Below, in pieces: positions 39,708-50,564 of a stretch of DNA of 64,000 nt (the stretch's first letter is position 1; every line of letters starts with the position of its first letter). The notes beneath the pieces are model-generated. The model saw only the letters and a list, made by a program, of their open reading frames with translations. It made no database searches and was not told the origin of the DNA. Position numbers and translations under genes: made by a program. The stretch is from Candidatus Spongiisociaceae bacterium (GTDB lineage: Bacteria > Actinomycetota > Acidimicrobiia > Spongiisociales > Spongiisociaceae), in assembly GCA_965219685.1 (NCBI GenBank), contig CBDCOH010000002.1:832001-896000 (forward strand). Reading direction: 5' to 3'.

Positions 39708-40098
39708 TGATGGTGTTCACCTCGGCAGCCTTCGGCGTGATGCTGGCAGCCCTGGTGCGCACAACGGCCGGCGCCAGTTCGGCGGCCGTGCTGGCGTCGC
39801 TGGTGCTCGCCCCAGTCGGCGGCTGCTGGTGGCCTCTGTTCGTCACGCCCGAGTGGATGCAGACCCTGGCGAGGCTCACGCCGCACGGCTGGGCGAACAC
39901 GGCCTTCAAAAGCTGATGCTCTTCGGCGCGGAAGGCGGCGACGTGGTCCTGGAAGTGGCGGCCCTGGCCGCCTTCGGCATGGTGTTCCTGGCCATCGCCT
40001 TCGTGCGGTTCCGCCTGTCACCCAGCGCGCCCTGACCGTCAGGCTCGACCACCACAAACGCATGACAACCTCGCACCGGTCGCGGCGATCCGGGCTTG
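39708..40098 (+). repeat. Diverged duplicate of the permease 3' end and downstream flank (37788-38179)
   Basis: Colinear ~390-bp match with scattered substitutions and a 1-nt deletion (TTCAAC AAG to TTCAAA AG). Confidence 0.92.
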
Positions 40099-40269
40099 CA
40101 TACTGTGTATCTCAGTTAGCTACTATAATATCTAAACAGGCTTTTCCGAGCTATACCTGAGTATCCTTCCGGAAGCATATGCCGATTAGTTGGCATATCC
40201 AACGCCGATAAAGTGGCACATTCGTCCGACGTGGTCGGTATATGACAGATCGCGAGGAGGGACATTCAG

Positions 40270-40492
40270 GTGGTTTCGGACACGATCGCGCCTTCCGGCT
40301 ACCTACCCAGAGTCGTGGACGGGCAAATGCATCCGCCTTGGGGACGATGCCCGCCGCCGTAGTGGAGGGCCCCGAGTCGATAGCACCTCTCTAGGATCCC
40401 CGTCTCGGCTGATCGTGGTCACCGCCACCGGCTACGCGTTCGAGCGTCCCGACGGGGTCTGCGTTATCCCCATCACCTCCCTCGGGCCATGA
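40270..40492 (+). pseudogene. Internally deleted AAA-ATPase/DUF4143 gene
   Basis: RBS + GTG, N-terminal YLPRVVDG..ALGTMPAAVVEGP joined to C-terminal RLIVVTATGYAFERPDGVCVIPITSLGP. Confidence 0.7.
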
Positions 40493-40730
40493 ATCACATC
40501 CGGATTGGATGTGACCCGCTACCTGCCGGGGTGCGGTTGGTTGGAGGGCGTACCATCTGTGGTATCTTTGGGGGTGATCCGGCCGGACGGCCGGTTGGTG
40601 GGTTCATAGACGTGTCTTGGTTCTTTCCGTCATCCTGAGCCAACCCTGGGAGATTGTCCGAATATCGATCATCCCTTCGTTCCACTGACGAACCCACGGA
40701 TTCGCTCGCGTGAAGCGGGCAAGGAGACCA

Positions 40731-42035
40731 ATGCCCCCCACATTCGCCCAGTTGGGCGTTCCCAAGCCCATCTGCCACGCCCTTGCCCGGCGCGGCATAA
40801 CGCAACCGTTCGAGATCCAGAGAACCGCGATGGCCGATGCGCTGAACGGCCGCGACATTTGCGGTCACGCTCCAACCGGGTCAGGCAAGACGCTCGCCTT
40901 CGGTATCCCGCTCGTGGCCAATGCAGGTCACGCCAGACCGCACAAGCCCCGCGCGCTCGTGCTGGCCCCGACCCGAGAACTCTCCCATCAGATCATGACC
41001 GAGCTTCGCTCCTTCTCGGGGAGGACTCGGGTCGGGGTCGTCTACGGCGGTGTCGGTTACGGACCCCAGTTCGGAGCCCTCCGCCGCGGTGTTGACATCC
41101 TGGTAGCGTGCCCCGGCCGCCTTGAAGACCTGATCGATCAACGCGCTGTCGACCTCTCGGCCGTCGAACAAGTCGTTGTCGATGAGGCCGACCGGATGGC
41201 TGACATGGGGTTCATGCCGGCAGTGCGGCGCCTGCTCGACCAGACCTCGCGCAACCGACAGACGATGTTGTTCTCGGCCACACTCGATGGTCCTGTCAGG
41301 GCACTCATCAGCGACTACCAGCACGATCCTGCACGTCACCGAGTAGGTGCGGCAACTCCCGATGTCATCGCTGCCGACCATGTGTTCTGGAGCGTTGCCA
41401 GACCTGATCGGATCAAGGTCACTGCCGAGACGATCGCCTCCGCCGGATCGACGATTGTCTTTTCCCGGACCCGTCATGGCTGTGACCGGATAGTCCGCCA
41501 ACTCGATCGGAATGGCGTCCGGGCCGCCGCGATCCACGGCAAACGCAGCCAGAACCAGCGGACCAAGGCGTTGAAGGACTTCGCCACCGGAAGGGTCCAA
41601 GCCTTGGTTGCGACCGACGTTGTCGCCCGGGGCATACATGTCGAGGATGTCCGGGCCATCATCCACTTCGACCTTCCCGCCGACCACAAGGTCTACCTCC
41701 ACAGATCGGGCCGGACCGCCCGAGCCGGCAGGAGCGGCATCGTGGTATCGCTCGTCCCTCCCGATCAGGTCAGAGACCTCCAGCGCATCAAACGGCGGCT
41801 CGGTCTCCGCCAGCCGATCACCCGTGTGGATCTCAGCGCCATCCAGCTGTCCTCTCAAGAGACACGCCGTCGCCGATCCCCCAGAACCGCCACCCACTCG
41901 AACCGTCAACACAGAAACTCCCCGCAACACCGTGGGTCACGGCGTCAGGCCGGCCGGAACAGGTCTCGGAGAAGACCGACCAGATACCAACGGTCTACGT
42001 CCCAGAATCGGAACAGGCACGCGGCTGCCGGCTGA
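40731..42035 (+). CDS. DEAD-box ATP-dependent RNA helicase
   Basis: Q motif, APTGSGKT, PTREL, DEAD, SAT, HRSGRTARAG; Arg-rich tail. Confidence 0.95.
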   Translation: MPPTFAQLGVPKPICHALARRGITQPFEIQRTAMADALNGRDICGHAPTGSGKTLAFGIPLVANAGHARPHKPRALVLAPTRELSHQIMTELRSFSGRTRVGVVYGGVGYGPQFGALRRGVDILVACPGRLEDLIDQRAVDLSAVEQVVVDEADRMADMGFMPAVRRLLDQTSRNRQTMLFSATLDGPVRALISDYQHDPARHRVGAATPDVIAADHVFWSVARPDRIKVTAETIASAGSTIVFSRTRHGCDRIVRQLDRNGVRAAAIHGKRSQNQRTKALKDFATGRVQALVATDVVARGIHVEDVRAIIHFDLPADHKVYLHRSGRTARAGRSGIVVSLVPPDQVRDLQRIKRRLGLRQPITRVDLSAIQLSSQETRRRRSPRTATHSNRQHRNSPQHRGSRRQAGRNRSRRRPTRYQRSTSQNRNRHAAAG

Positions 42036-42073
42036 GCGACCTGGTCAAGAGTCGATGACTCCAACTCCGCCTT

Positions 42074-42102
42074 AGAGGCGACTGCCGCGGACGCCTCTGT
42101 TT
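42074..42102 (+). terminator. Putative intrinsic terminator
   Basis: AGAGGCG...CGCCTCT followed by GTTT. Confidence 0.45.
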
Positions 42103-42259
42103 GCAACTCCGCCCTACGCGTGGGATCAGTTTCCGCCAGGATCGCCCGGGCCGGATGTCATTGATCAGCACTCATTCATGGAAGACACTGCTCACTTCGG
42201 CTGGATCCCGACCACCTCTTGCAGCCCCCATAGTCCCCGGCTCGCTTTCAGGCGAGATG

Positions 42260-43885
42260 CTAGATCTCGAGGTGGGTGTCGACCTTGTGGTGGGGGTTGG
42301 CGGCTACGGGTTCGTGGGAGAGGTCGGCGGGGTTGCCGGCGCGGTCGTGGATGGCGCCGCCGTTGAGTCTGACGCTGTTGGCTCTGAACTCGATTCCGTC
42401 CGAGTCGGTGTCGCCGCTCTGGACCTGGTATTCGAATTCCACGTCGTTGTCGTAGTGCCGGTCCGGGTTGGTCTCGGGCCGGAGCGAGGCGAGCCGGGTC
42501 GTCCCACCGATGTCGAGTTCGAGTTGTAGATCGCCGCTCTTGGTGACCGGTTCGCTGAACACCACTTCCAGGCGAACGACTTCTCCTACTTCGTAGGTTT
42601 CCCCATCGACGGGCCGGGACGTCAAGTAGATGCCCGCGATTGCGGGAGGCTCAGTATCGATCCTGTGATCCTGCAGGTGGCCGGTGGCCGGGAAGTGATC
42701 GAGGGATTCGACATCGGTGCCTGCTGCCTTGATGGTTCCGCTCCCCAGGACGGCAGTGGCGCCATGAGGGATTGCGATCCCTCTGATGTCCATGTCGCCC
42801 TCCTCCACGGTGTAGCCGAAGACCAGGGTGCCGGTGCCCGAGCCTCTGAGGTAGTCGGCCTCCCGCCAGGCTTCGGCCCAGTTGTTATCAACCAGACCGA
42901 CATACAGCGCCAGGCCCACCTCCCCTTCCACCTCCACGTCGGTGTCGAAGTCGAGGGCGATCACGATGGTCTGGTCGGCCCGGTAGGCCTCCCACCCGTC
43001 GGGCGGCGTTGAAACGACCCCGACGTGCTCGACACGGGGGCTGCCGTCGACTTTGTGGTTGGACGCTCTTTCTATGCCCGCATGGGTGTAGTCGACGGGT
43101 ATGTCCGTTCCCTGCGCATACACGATGCCGCTGAAGCCCTGGATCGCGCCGGTTTCCTCGTTCTCTTCTGCGCTGCTGACAGTAATCCCGTCAGGATCGC
43201 GATCGGCAGGCTGGACCTGGTAGCGGAAGACCAGGAGTCTGGTTCCAGAGCCCTTGATGTATCTCGCCTCCCTTGGCGTGTGATGGACTCCGTCGCCGAA
43301 GTGGAGAGTCAAAGAAGCGTCGCCGACCACATCCACCGGCTGATCGAAGGTCAACGTGACATCGATGTTCTCTCCGTTGCGATAGACATCTCCCCGAAGA
43401 GGGATCGAGGTTACGGCCACTTCGGTGATGGCGGGGGCGTCGTCGTCTTCGATCGTGATGACGCAGGAGCGGAACCCATCAACGGTAAAGAGACCGATTT
43501 CGAAGGTCTCATCATGTTCGATCAGGGAGTCCTCCGTGGTCAACACCGGGACCCAATGGGTCTCAGTAACGCCGTCACCACGCACGATCAGCCCGTAATA
43601 GGGAGTGAAGTCGCCGCGGCTGGCGGTGTGGCCATCGTGGTGGGTAGCGACAGTCACCGGTGAAAGCAGGTAGGAACCAGGCCACCGCATTCCGAATTGA
43701 TCGGACTCGCCTTCCTCGATAGGGCCAGGGCAGAGCATGACGGGAGCCGGGCCGAGGGCAAGGGCCGGACGTGGTGCCGCGGGGAGCAGGGCAACAAGCA
43801 TCAGAGCCGCTATGAAGATGGCTTGGAGGCTCATCGAAGAAGGCTTCTTCCGCCAACCCCGGGATGATTCCGGATCTCCAACCAA
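42260..43885 (-). CDS. Secreted/surface protein: Calx-beta-like domain + three tandem Ig-like repeats
   Basis: Signal peptide ending PALA; EHDETF...ITIEDDD; three units of Y..GE.I....F...V.V.G...A.Y..GSGT..LVF.Y.V..GD.D..GI. Confidence 0.75.
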   Translation of the reverse strand: MVGDPESSRGWRKKPSSMSLQAIFIAALMLVALLPAAPRPALALGPAPVMLCPGPIEEGESDQFGMRWPGSYLLSPVTVATHHDGHTASRGDFTPYYGLIVRGDGVTETHWVPVLTTEDSLIEHDETFEIGLFTVDGFRSCVITIEDDDAPAITEVAVTSIPLRGDVYRNGENIDVTLTFDQPVDVVGDASLTLHFGDGVHHTPREARYIKGSGTRLLVFRYQVQPADRDPDGITVSSAEENEETGAIQGFSGIVYAQGTDIPVDYTHAGIERASNHKVDGSPRVEHVGVVSTPPDGWEAYRADQTIVIALDFDTDVEVEGEVGLALYVGLVDNNWAEAWREADYLRGSGTGTLVFGYTVEEGDMDIRGIAIPHGATAVLGSGTIKAAGTDVESLDHFPATGHLQDHRIDTEPPAIAGIYLTSRPVDGETYEVGEVVRLEVVFSEPVTKSGDLQLELDIGGTTRLASLRPETNPDRHYDNDVEFEYQVQSGDTDSDGIEFRANSVRLNGGAIHDRAGNPADLSHEPVAANPHHKVDTHLEI

Positions 43886-44331
43886 TTCTGTCTCCCTTCC
43901 GAAGTTGCCAGGATGGACCCTCTTGACAAAAACGGTATTCCGGTCCAGGACATAGTGATGCACGCCGGTCGTGACCCGACCGTTGGGAGACGACAAAGTG
44001 CAACGGCAGGGGTCCGAGCGCGCCCGCGGCCGGCAAGCAGCGGCGGCGCCTCACCTCAGCGCGACCGGCTCGGCCTTGCTCGGCTGCGGAGGCACTCCCG
44101 TTCTTCAATGCAGGGGGTGCGACATGGGTGCAGACGCGCCGTGACCCGGCCGGGGCCCGTGCATCGTTCGTGTATGTAGTGGCGGATCACCAGGTTGCGA
44201 TGATGGATGGCGTGGTGGTCCCGGACGGCGGTGGTCGAAGCCGGGCGGAGGTGAGCTATCGGATGATCTCTCTGGTTCGGATCGTAGGCGAGTTACGGCT
44301 GGTTAGCCGGAGGTCGCTCCGAGAGTCCCGG

Positions 44332-44529
44332 TCAGCCGGCCCAGAACCCCTTGCGATGGGAGATGCCGAGCGCCGTGCGACAGGCGGGACAGGCGTAGAC
44401 GTACCGCTTGCCGAACCGGATCTGTGCACCTCCTCCCCTCCCAACGTCGACCGCGCGCGCCAGTATCTCGTCGAGCGGCGATTCGCAGTGCGGGCACAGC
44501 GGCACCAGGTCGGATGACTCTCTGATCAT
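44332..44529 (-). CDS. Small zinc-ribbon protein
   Basis: CPHC...CPAC pairs; follows the nitroreductase after 7 nt. Confidence 0.7.
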   Translation of the reverse strand: MIRESSDLVPLCPHCESPLDEILARAVDVGRGGGAQIRFGKRYVYACPACRTALGISHRKGFWAG

Positions 44530-44536
44530 GGTCGCT

Positions 44537-45217
44537 TCAGCCTCTTCCGGTCGTGCCGCTCCGGTCGACGGCTCGATCCCGCTGCCATCCGTCCCAGTGT
44601 GTGAACTCCTCGGCGGGGATCCTCGTGACCGGCTTGAAGTCGTCGGCCGGATATCCCAGCGGGATCAGCGCGACGATCTGGGTCTCCTCGGGCATGCCGA
44701 GGGCGATCTTGGCGTCCTCTTCGAGGATGTTGAGGGCCGTCGTGAGGCACGTGCCGAGCCCCAGGCCTCGGGCCGCCAGCATCAGGTTCTGGATGCAGGG
44801 CATGATCGAAGTGAAGACCGAATCGGCGCGGATGGACTTGAGCACCCCGTAGCGCGGGAGGTTGTCCTTCTCCCTGTCCATCGCGACGACGATCAGCACG
44901 GGGGTCTCCTCCATGTGGTCCCGCAGGTGGTGCGACTTCCTGAACATCGTCTTCTGGAAGGTGCGCTTGTCGAGTTCCCGGTAACCCTGGCGCCGGGGGT
45001 GATCCCACAGGAACTTCAGACCGCCGCGGTAGAGGTCGGCCAGCTTCTTCTTGAGGGCCGGATCCCTGACGACTATGAACTCCCAGGGTTGGGCGTTGCC
45101 GCCGCTCGGAGCCCAGGTAGCGGCGGTGAGGATGGTGCGGATGTCATCGTCGGACACCGGGTCCGGCTTGTATCGTTTGACGCTCGGAAGCGTCCGCATC
45201 GCCTTGTACAGGTCCAC
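44537..45217 (-). CDS. Nitroreductase family protein
   Basis: APSGGNAQPWEFIVVRD, QNLMLAARGLGLG, IPLGYP. Confidence 0.92.
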   Translation of the reverse strand: MDLYKAMRTLPSVKRYKPDPVSDDDIRTILTAATWAPSGGNAQPWEFIVVRDPALKKKLADLYRGGLKFLWDHPRRQGYRELDKRTFQKTMFRKSHHLRDHMEETPVLIVVAMDREKDNLPRYGVLKSIRADSVFTSIMPCIQNLMLAARGLGLGTCLTTALNILEEDAKIALGMPEETQIVALIPLGYPADDFKPVTRIPAEEFTHWDGWQRDRAVDRSGTTGRG

Positions 45218-45362
45218 TGCCGCCTCCTCTTCCCGCCGGGCCAGCGGGAGGATACTCAAAGGGTCTGGCGGTATAGCACGGTCGAGTACCGGGAGAACCT
45301 CGTCCCGGACAGTAGCTCGCGCCGGTTATGCCAACCGGGGAGCAGAATCCGGATCCGAAACC

Positions 45363-45914
45363 TCAACCGGCGGGTTGCCCACCTACCTCGTCGGTCGCCA
45401 GGGCGGTGACGTCCTCCCACCCGTAGGCCACCTCGACGACGTCGGTACCGGCTATGTCGATGGTTCTGCTGCCGACCGGTTCCCCTCCGAGGGTCTCGTA
45501 GAAGCGACACGCGGGATGGTTGTCCCTTGCCACCCACAGGAGCATCGAGCCGAAACCATCGGCCAGCAGCCTGTGCGCCACAGCCGATACGAGGCGGCGT
45601 CCCAGGCCCTTACGCTGATACTGCTCTAGCAGGTATACGAGATAGAGTTCTCCCCGGTAGGTCTCGTCCCCGGTTCGCTCCGGTCCTCCCGCAGCCAATC
45701 CCACCACCTTGCCGGACTCGGTCTCCACGAGGAAGTTGCTGACGGTGGGTCGCGCCGTCGTCAGGATCTGGTCCCAGAACGCCTCCCTATCGCCGTACGA
45801 GAGGCCGGCCAGGAACTCGTCGGGCAGGATGCCGGCATAGGTGGACCGCCACGAATCGACGTGAACCCTGGCGAGCGAACCGGCATCCCGCGGTTCTGCA
45901 GTCCTTATACGCAT
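45363..45914 (-). CDS. GNAT family N-acetyltransferase
   Basis: [33 protein letters not shown]. Confidence 0.9.
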   Translation of the reverse strand: MRIRTAEPRDAGSLARVHVDSWRSTYAGILPDEFLAGLSYGDREAFWDQILTTARPTVSNFLVETESGKVVGLAAGGPERTGDETYRGELYLVYLLEQYQRKGLGRRLVSAVAHRLLADGFGSMLLWVARDNHPACRFYETLGGEPVGSRTIDIAGTDVVEVAYGWEDVTALATDEVGGQPAG

Positions 45915-46201
45915 GCAACCACGTTACCTCTCGGGCCTTCCGGGTGGCCATGAGCATTCGCGTGCAGGCCATCGTTCTGCCCGAGCAGGAGCCGCCGCTC
46001 CCCTGTCCTCCGGCTATCCCTACTATCCGCGGGCCGCTTCAGAGGGTTCCGCCCCCGGTGGATCTCCGGCGATACACCGTAGAGTTGTCCGGAGGCCTTC
46101 CGCTTCATGGACATCAAGGTCATGAATGTCGCGATAACCCCAAGCCGGGTATTACAGTCGGCTCGTTGTATGGGAACCCATGTACCGACGGAGGATTCAC
46201 G

Positions 46202-46939
46202 ATGAGGAGCCACGAAGTCGACTACCGGATCAGGGGGTCCGATCTCCAGTTCGTCGAGATCGAACTCGATCCCGGAGAGTCGGTTGTCGCCGAGTCCGGC
46301 GCCATGATGTATGTCGAGGAGGGCATCGAATTCCAGACCCGGATGGGTGATGGCTCCGAGCCGAAACAGGGGGCATGGGGCAAGCTGAAGTCGGCGGGCA
46401 AGAGGGCGTTGGCCGGTGAGTCGCTGTTCCTGACCCACTTCACGAATCAGGGATCCGGGAGACGGACCGTGGCCTTTGCCGCTCCCTATCCCGGCAAGGT
46501 CATACCGGTGGATCTCGGTGAGGTAGGTGGGCGGATCCTGGCCCAGAAGACCGCGTTTCTCTGTGCGGCGATGGGAACCAAGCTAGGAATCGCCTTCAAC
46601 CGGAAGTTGGGGGCGGGAGCGTTCGGTGGTGAGGGATTCATACTCCAAGACCTCCGGGGTGACGGTCTTGCGTTCCTCCATGCCGGCGGCACCGTCGTCG
46701 AGAAGCGTCTCATCGGGGAGACCCTCCGTGTCGATACCGGATGCATCGTTGCCTTCGAGCCGCAGATCGAGTACTCGATCGAGCGGGCGGGCCGGGCGTC
46801 GACGATGATGTTCGGTGGCGAAGGGCTCTTCCTGGCCACGCTGAGGGGAGCGGGTCGCGTGTGGCTGCAGTCCCTCCCGTTCAGCCGGTTGGTCGATGAG
46901 GTGATCTGGCGGCTGCCACCTTCGCGAGACGGAGACTGA
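46202..46939 (+). CDS. TIGR00266 / AIM24 family protein
   Basis: [48 protein letters not shown]. Confidence 0.9.
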   Translation: MRSHEVDYRIRGSDLQFVEIELDPGESVVAESGAMMYVEEGIEFQTRMGDGSEPKQGAWGKLKSAGKRALAGESLFLTHFTNQGSGRRTVAFAAPYPGKVIPVDLGEVGGRILAQKTAFLCAAMGTKLGIAFNRKLGAGAFGGEGFILQDLRGDGLAFLHAGGTVVEKRLIGETLRVDTGCIVAFEPQIEYSIERAGRASTMMFGGEGLFLATLRGAGRVWLQSLPFSRLVDEVIWRLPPSRDGD

Positions 46940-47411
46940 TGAGAGTCGTCTGCCAAACCGCAAAGGACTCGCTCTTTCTGAGGCACTCGTATACAAGGCT
47001 ATTCCGACCTTAGACACAGGTCTTCTGGTGTTTGTTCGACGATCCGATCAGTTACATGGCTGTATTATCTGAACAAGCAAGTTCTTTTGACAACAGTAAG
47101 GAGTCTTCCGAACGTGGTGTCTGTTGAGTCTTCACTAATCCTGCGGTCCGGCCTGTTCCTTCTCGAGCCTCCTTTGCTGCCGGGCGGTAATGTGGCGGGA
47201 CAGCCTGAACCGTGATACACACGGCATGGAGAGGACACCGTGATGTGGATGGCTCTAATACCCTCAAGGCATAGTGTCTAGCACAGATGTATTAGATCCC
47301 TGCTCTTTGCAAAACCAGGACCGGATCGTCTTTGTTGCAAGGCGAAACGAGGTGACCCGCACAAAGTGGCCTTGAGACAACACCCATCACCATCAGCGAT
47401 GACTATACATC

Positions 47412-48665
47412 GTGCCGGACATCGACATCGTCATGATCGGCGGGCGCAGAGTGGTGGCGGCCCTGGTGGACGAGTTGCCCGTGGGTCGCAAACCCTGCTA
47501 CCTCAAGCGGCAGGGAATCGACCGGGGAGCGTACGTCCGTACCCATGGCGGCGACCGGCGATTGACTTCTTACGAGGTGCACATCCTGGTGTCAGGCCGC
47601 GGGCAACCTCGCGACGATGTTGCGGTCGTGGAGGGCGCAGGCCGGGATCACCTCGCTCCCGGCTTGGTCGAGGCTCTCCTGCGCAGGGTTCGCAGCCGGA
47701 AGGGTCCCCTCCTGGCGGACGCCGGCGATGACGAGGTTCTTCGGATGATGAACGTCTTGGCGGACGGTGATCCGCCTGGGGTGAGCCTGGCCGGCCTGCT
47801 AGCCCTGGGCCGCTACCCGCAGCAGTTCGTTCCTCAGGTCAACATAACTTTCGTTGCCTATCCGACTACCCGGGGAGAGCCGCTCGCAGACGGCACGCGG
47901 TTCCTCGACAACGAGTCCATCGACGGTCCGATACCCACGATGCTGGCTACTGCCCAGGCCGCGGTCCTCCGCAACATCACGCGGCGAGCGGTTGTTTCGG
48001 GAGCAGGTCGCCTCGACGACTGGGAGTACCCCGAGGAGGTGGTCAGGGAACTGGTGGTGAACTCGTTGATGCACCGGGACTATCACCCCCTTGCACATGG
48101 ATCCCAGGTGAGGATCGAGTTGTATCCGGACCGTCTGGAAGTGGTCAGCCCGGGCGGACTCCACGGTCCTGTAGACCGTCGAAAGTTGATGACCGAGCCC
48201 GTTACCTCTTCCAGGAACTCCCACATCGCCAAGCTTCTCGAAGACATAGAGGTTCCTCGAACCGGGCGCACGGTGTCCGAGAACCGCGGCTCCGGCCTCA
48301 TCGCGGTCGCCGCTTCCCTGCGGAGGGCCGGGATGGCGCCACTTCTTATCTCCGATCGGATCGACAGCTTCAGGGTCGTGGTCCGCAACCGGCGGCTGAC
48401 CCCAGAGGAGATGGACGTGTCCTGGGGGTTCCAGCGGAGTCGGCGCGGGTCGACCGGACCGGCGCGGCGCCGCGACCGCCGGCACGAGATCCGCGAGTTG
48501 CTGGCACGTGGGCCTCGTCCCAGCCGCGAACTGGCGCAGGAGTTGGGGATGACCCCCCAGGGCATTCTCAGGTGGCTCCGCATGATGGAAGCGACCGGGG
48601 AGGTTCGTCCCACTGAGTCCGCCCGACGAAGTCCGATGAACCGCTGGCAACTGATAGAGCGTTAG
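47412..48665 (+). pseudogene. AlbA_2 / RecG-C-terminal-like ATP-binding HTH regulator, probably N-truncated
   Basis: YP..VVRELVVNSLMHRDY, SPGGL, ENRGSG, C-terminal HTH; begins within the AlbA-like domain with no RBS. Confidence 0.65.
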
Positions 48666-48738
48666 CAACGCGCAAGCCAGCCTCGCGAAGGTGCGTCCCC
48701 CGGCAGGGCGGAGTCGGTAACCTACCTATCTCAGAGCG

Positions 48739-49692
48739 ATGGCGGGAGGTTTGGCGTCCATGCAGAGACGGGCAAGCCGGGTGTCTCCCGACGGTGTGAT
48801 AGTCGCCAAACCGGACGCCGATCCCCGACCCGTCGAGGACGCGGCCGAGCTCCGGGCAGTGATGGCTCGGGCCACCCATGAGAATTTCCCCGTTGCAATG
48901 CGCTTGCTGCCCGCAACCTCGCGGAACCACCTCCGGGCGATCTACGGGTTCGCCCGCCTCACGGACACACTCGGCGATGAGTACGTCGGGGATCGTTCGG
49001 TAGCCCTGGACTGGGTCGAGGAGCAACTCGACGACCTCTTCGCCGGAACACCCCGGCATCCCGTTTTCAGGCAACTCGCTCCGACTGTGGAGGCCTTCCG
49101 CATGTCGCGGGCGCCGTTCGACGACCTGGTGGCGGCAAACCGGATGGACCAGGTCAAGAAGCGCTACGCCGATTGGGGGGAGCTGCTCGACTACTGTGCC
49201 CTCTCGGCGAATCCGGTCGGCCGGTTGGTCCTGGCCGTGTTCGAGGCGGACACGGAGGAGCGCCGGGCTGCGTCGGATGCCGTTTGCAGCGGGCTCCAGA
49301 TCCTCGAGCACATCCAAGACGTGGGGGAGGACGCCCGGGCCGGTCGGGTCTACCTCCCCGAATCCGGTATGGCGCGGTTCGGTTGCACGATCGACGATCT
49401 TCTTGCACCCGTGGCCGGTCCCGCCCTGCGCCGGCTCGTAGCTCACGTCGAGCGGCGGGCTCTCGAACTACTCGAGGCCGGCAAGCCCCTGGTGAAGTCC
49501 CTGCGAGGACATGCCCGTCTGGCTGTCGCCGGATTCGTAGCGGGAGGATTAGCCGGGCTGGAAGAAGTCCGGGCGGCCGACTACGAGGTGCTGAGCGCGA
49601 AGAGAGAGGCGGGACGAATCCGATTCCTCTGCCGCCTCGTTCCGCTCTACGCAGCTGCGCTGGGGAGTCGGAGCGGGATCACGCGGCCGTGA
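48739..49692 (+). CDS. hpnC: Squalene synthase HpnC
   Basis: HENFPVA, IYGFAR..D.LGDE, YCALSANPVGRLVL, QDVGED...GRVYLP. Confidence 0.92.
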   Translation: MAGGLASMQRRASRVSPDGVIVAKPDADPRPVEDAAELRAVMARATHENFPVAMRLLPATSRNHLRAIYGFARLTDTLGDEYVGDRSVALDWVEEQLDDLFAGTPRHPVFRQLAPTVEAFRMSRAPFDDLVAANRMDQVKKRYADWGELLDYCALSANPVGRLVLAVFEADTEERRAASDAVCSGLQILEHIQDVGEDARAGRVYLPESGMARFGCTIDDLLAPVAGPALRRLVAHVERRALELLEAGKPLVKSLRGHARLAVAGFVAGGLAGLEEVRAADYEVLSAKREAGRIRFLCRLVPLYAAALGSRSGITRP

Positions 49693-50564
49693 TCTCCCCC
49701 GAATCGGCCTACCGGCAGTGTGAAGCGATAACGTGGTCGGCCGCCCGGAACTTCGCATACGGGATACGCCTGCTGCCCCACCCCAAGCGGCGAGCGATGG
49801 CAGCCCTGTACGCCATGGCTCGCCGCATCGACGACGTAGGTGACGGCGACCTTCCCGGGGAACGAAAGCTGGCGGCTCTGGATGGGCTGCACTCGGTGAT
49901 CGCCGCCCTGGAGCGGGGTGACGTCGCCGATCCGGATGATCCTGTGCTGGTGGGTGTCGCCCACGCAGCTACCCGCTATCCGATCCCCTTGGCCGCCCTT
50001 CACGAGATCGTGGAAGGCTGCGAGCAGGACGTGCGCGGCAGGACCTATGCAACGATGGACGATACGGTTCGCTACTGCCGCCTCGTGGCCGGTTCGGTGG
50101 GACGCCTCTCCCTCGGGGTCTTCGGCACCAGGACCGACCACCGTCACCCCGGGCGGCGAGCCGATGCGCCCCGGATGGCCGACGACCTCGGTGTCGCCCT
50201 CCAACTCACCAACATGCTGCGGGACATCCGCGAGGACCACCGGATGGGACGGATCTACCTGCCGGAGCAGGAGAGGGAACGGTTCGGAGTCGTCAGAGGT
50301 CAGTGGACCCCGCCCGAGCAGGTAGGCGCGCTGGTCGAGTACGTGGGCGGACAGGCGATGATCTGGTTCGGGAGGGGCCTGGAGCTCCTGGGCCATCTCG
50401 ACCACCGCAGCCGAGCCTGCACAGCGGCTATGGCCGGTATCTACCGTCGAGTACTGGGGCGGATCATCAGCCAGCCCACCCGCCCGCTGAGCGAGCGCGT
50501 AAGCCTCCCGGTATGGGAGAAGGGGCTGGTCGCGGTGCGCAGCATATGCGGTCTGCGCCCGTGA
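49689..50564 (+). CDS. hpnD: Presqualene diphosphate synthase HpnD
   Basis: NFAYGIRLLP, RRIDDVGD, YCRLVAG, QLTNMLRDIRED..GRIYLP. Confidence 0.92.
   Translation: MISPESAYRQCEAITWSAARNFAYGIRLLPHPKRRAMAALYAMARRIDDVGDGDLPGERKLAALDGLHSVIAALERGDVADPDDPVLVGVAHAATRYPIPLAALHEIVEGCEQDVRGRTYATMDDTVRYCRLVAGSVGRLSLGVFGTRTDHRHPGRRADAPRMADDLGVALQLTNMLRDIREDHRMGRIYLPEQERERFGVVRGQWTPPEQVGALVEYVGGQAMIWFGRGLELLGHLDHRSRACTAAMAGIYRRVLGRIISQPTRPLSERVSLPVWEKGLVAVRSICGLRP

Noticed and set aside
46940-47410. Lower-GC intergenic stretch with a TTGCAA...TTGCAA dyad
   Set aside because: No recognisable ORF, RNA family or repeat; likely debris upstream of the truncated regulator.
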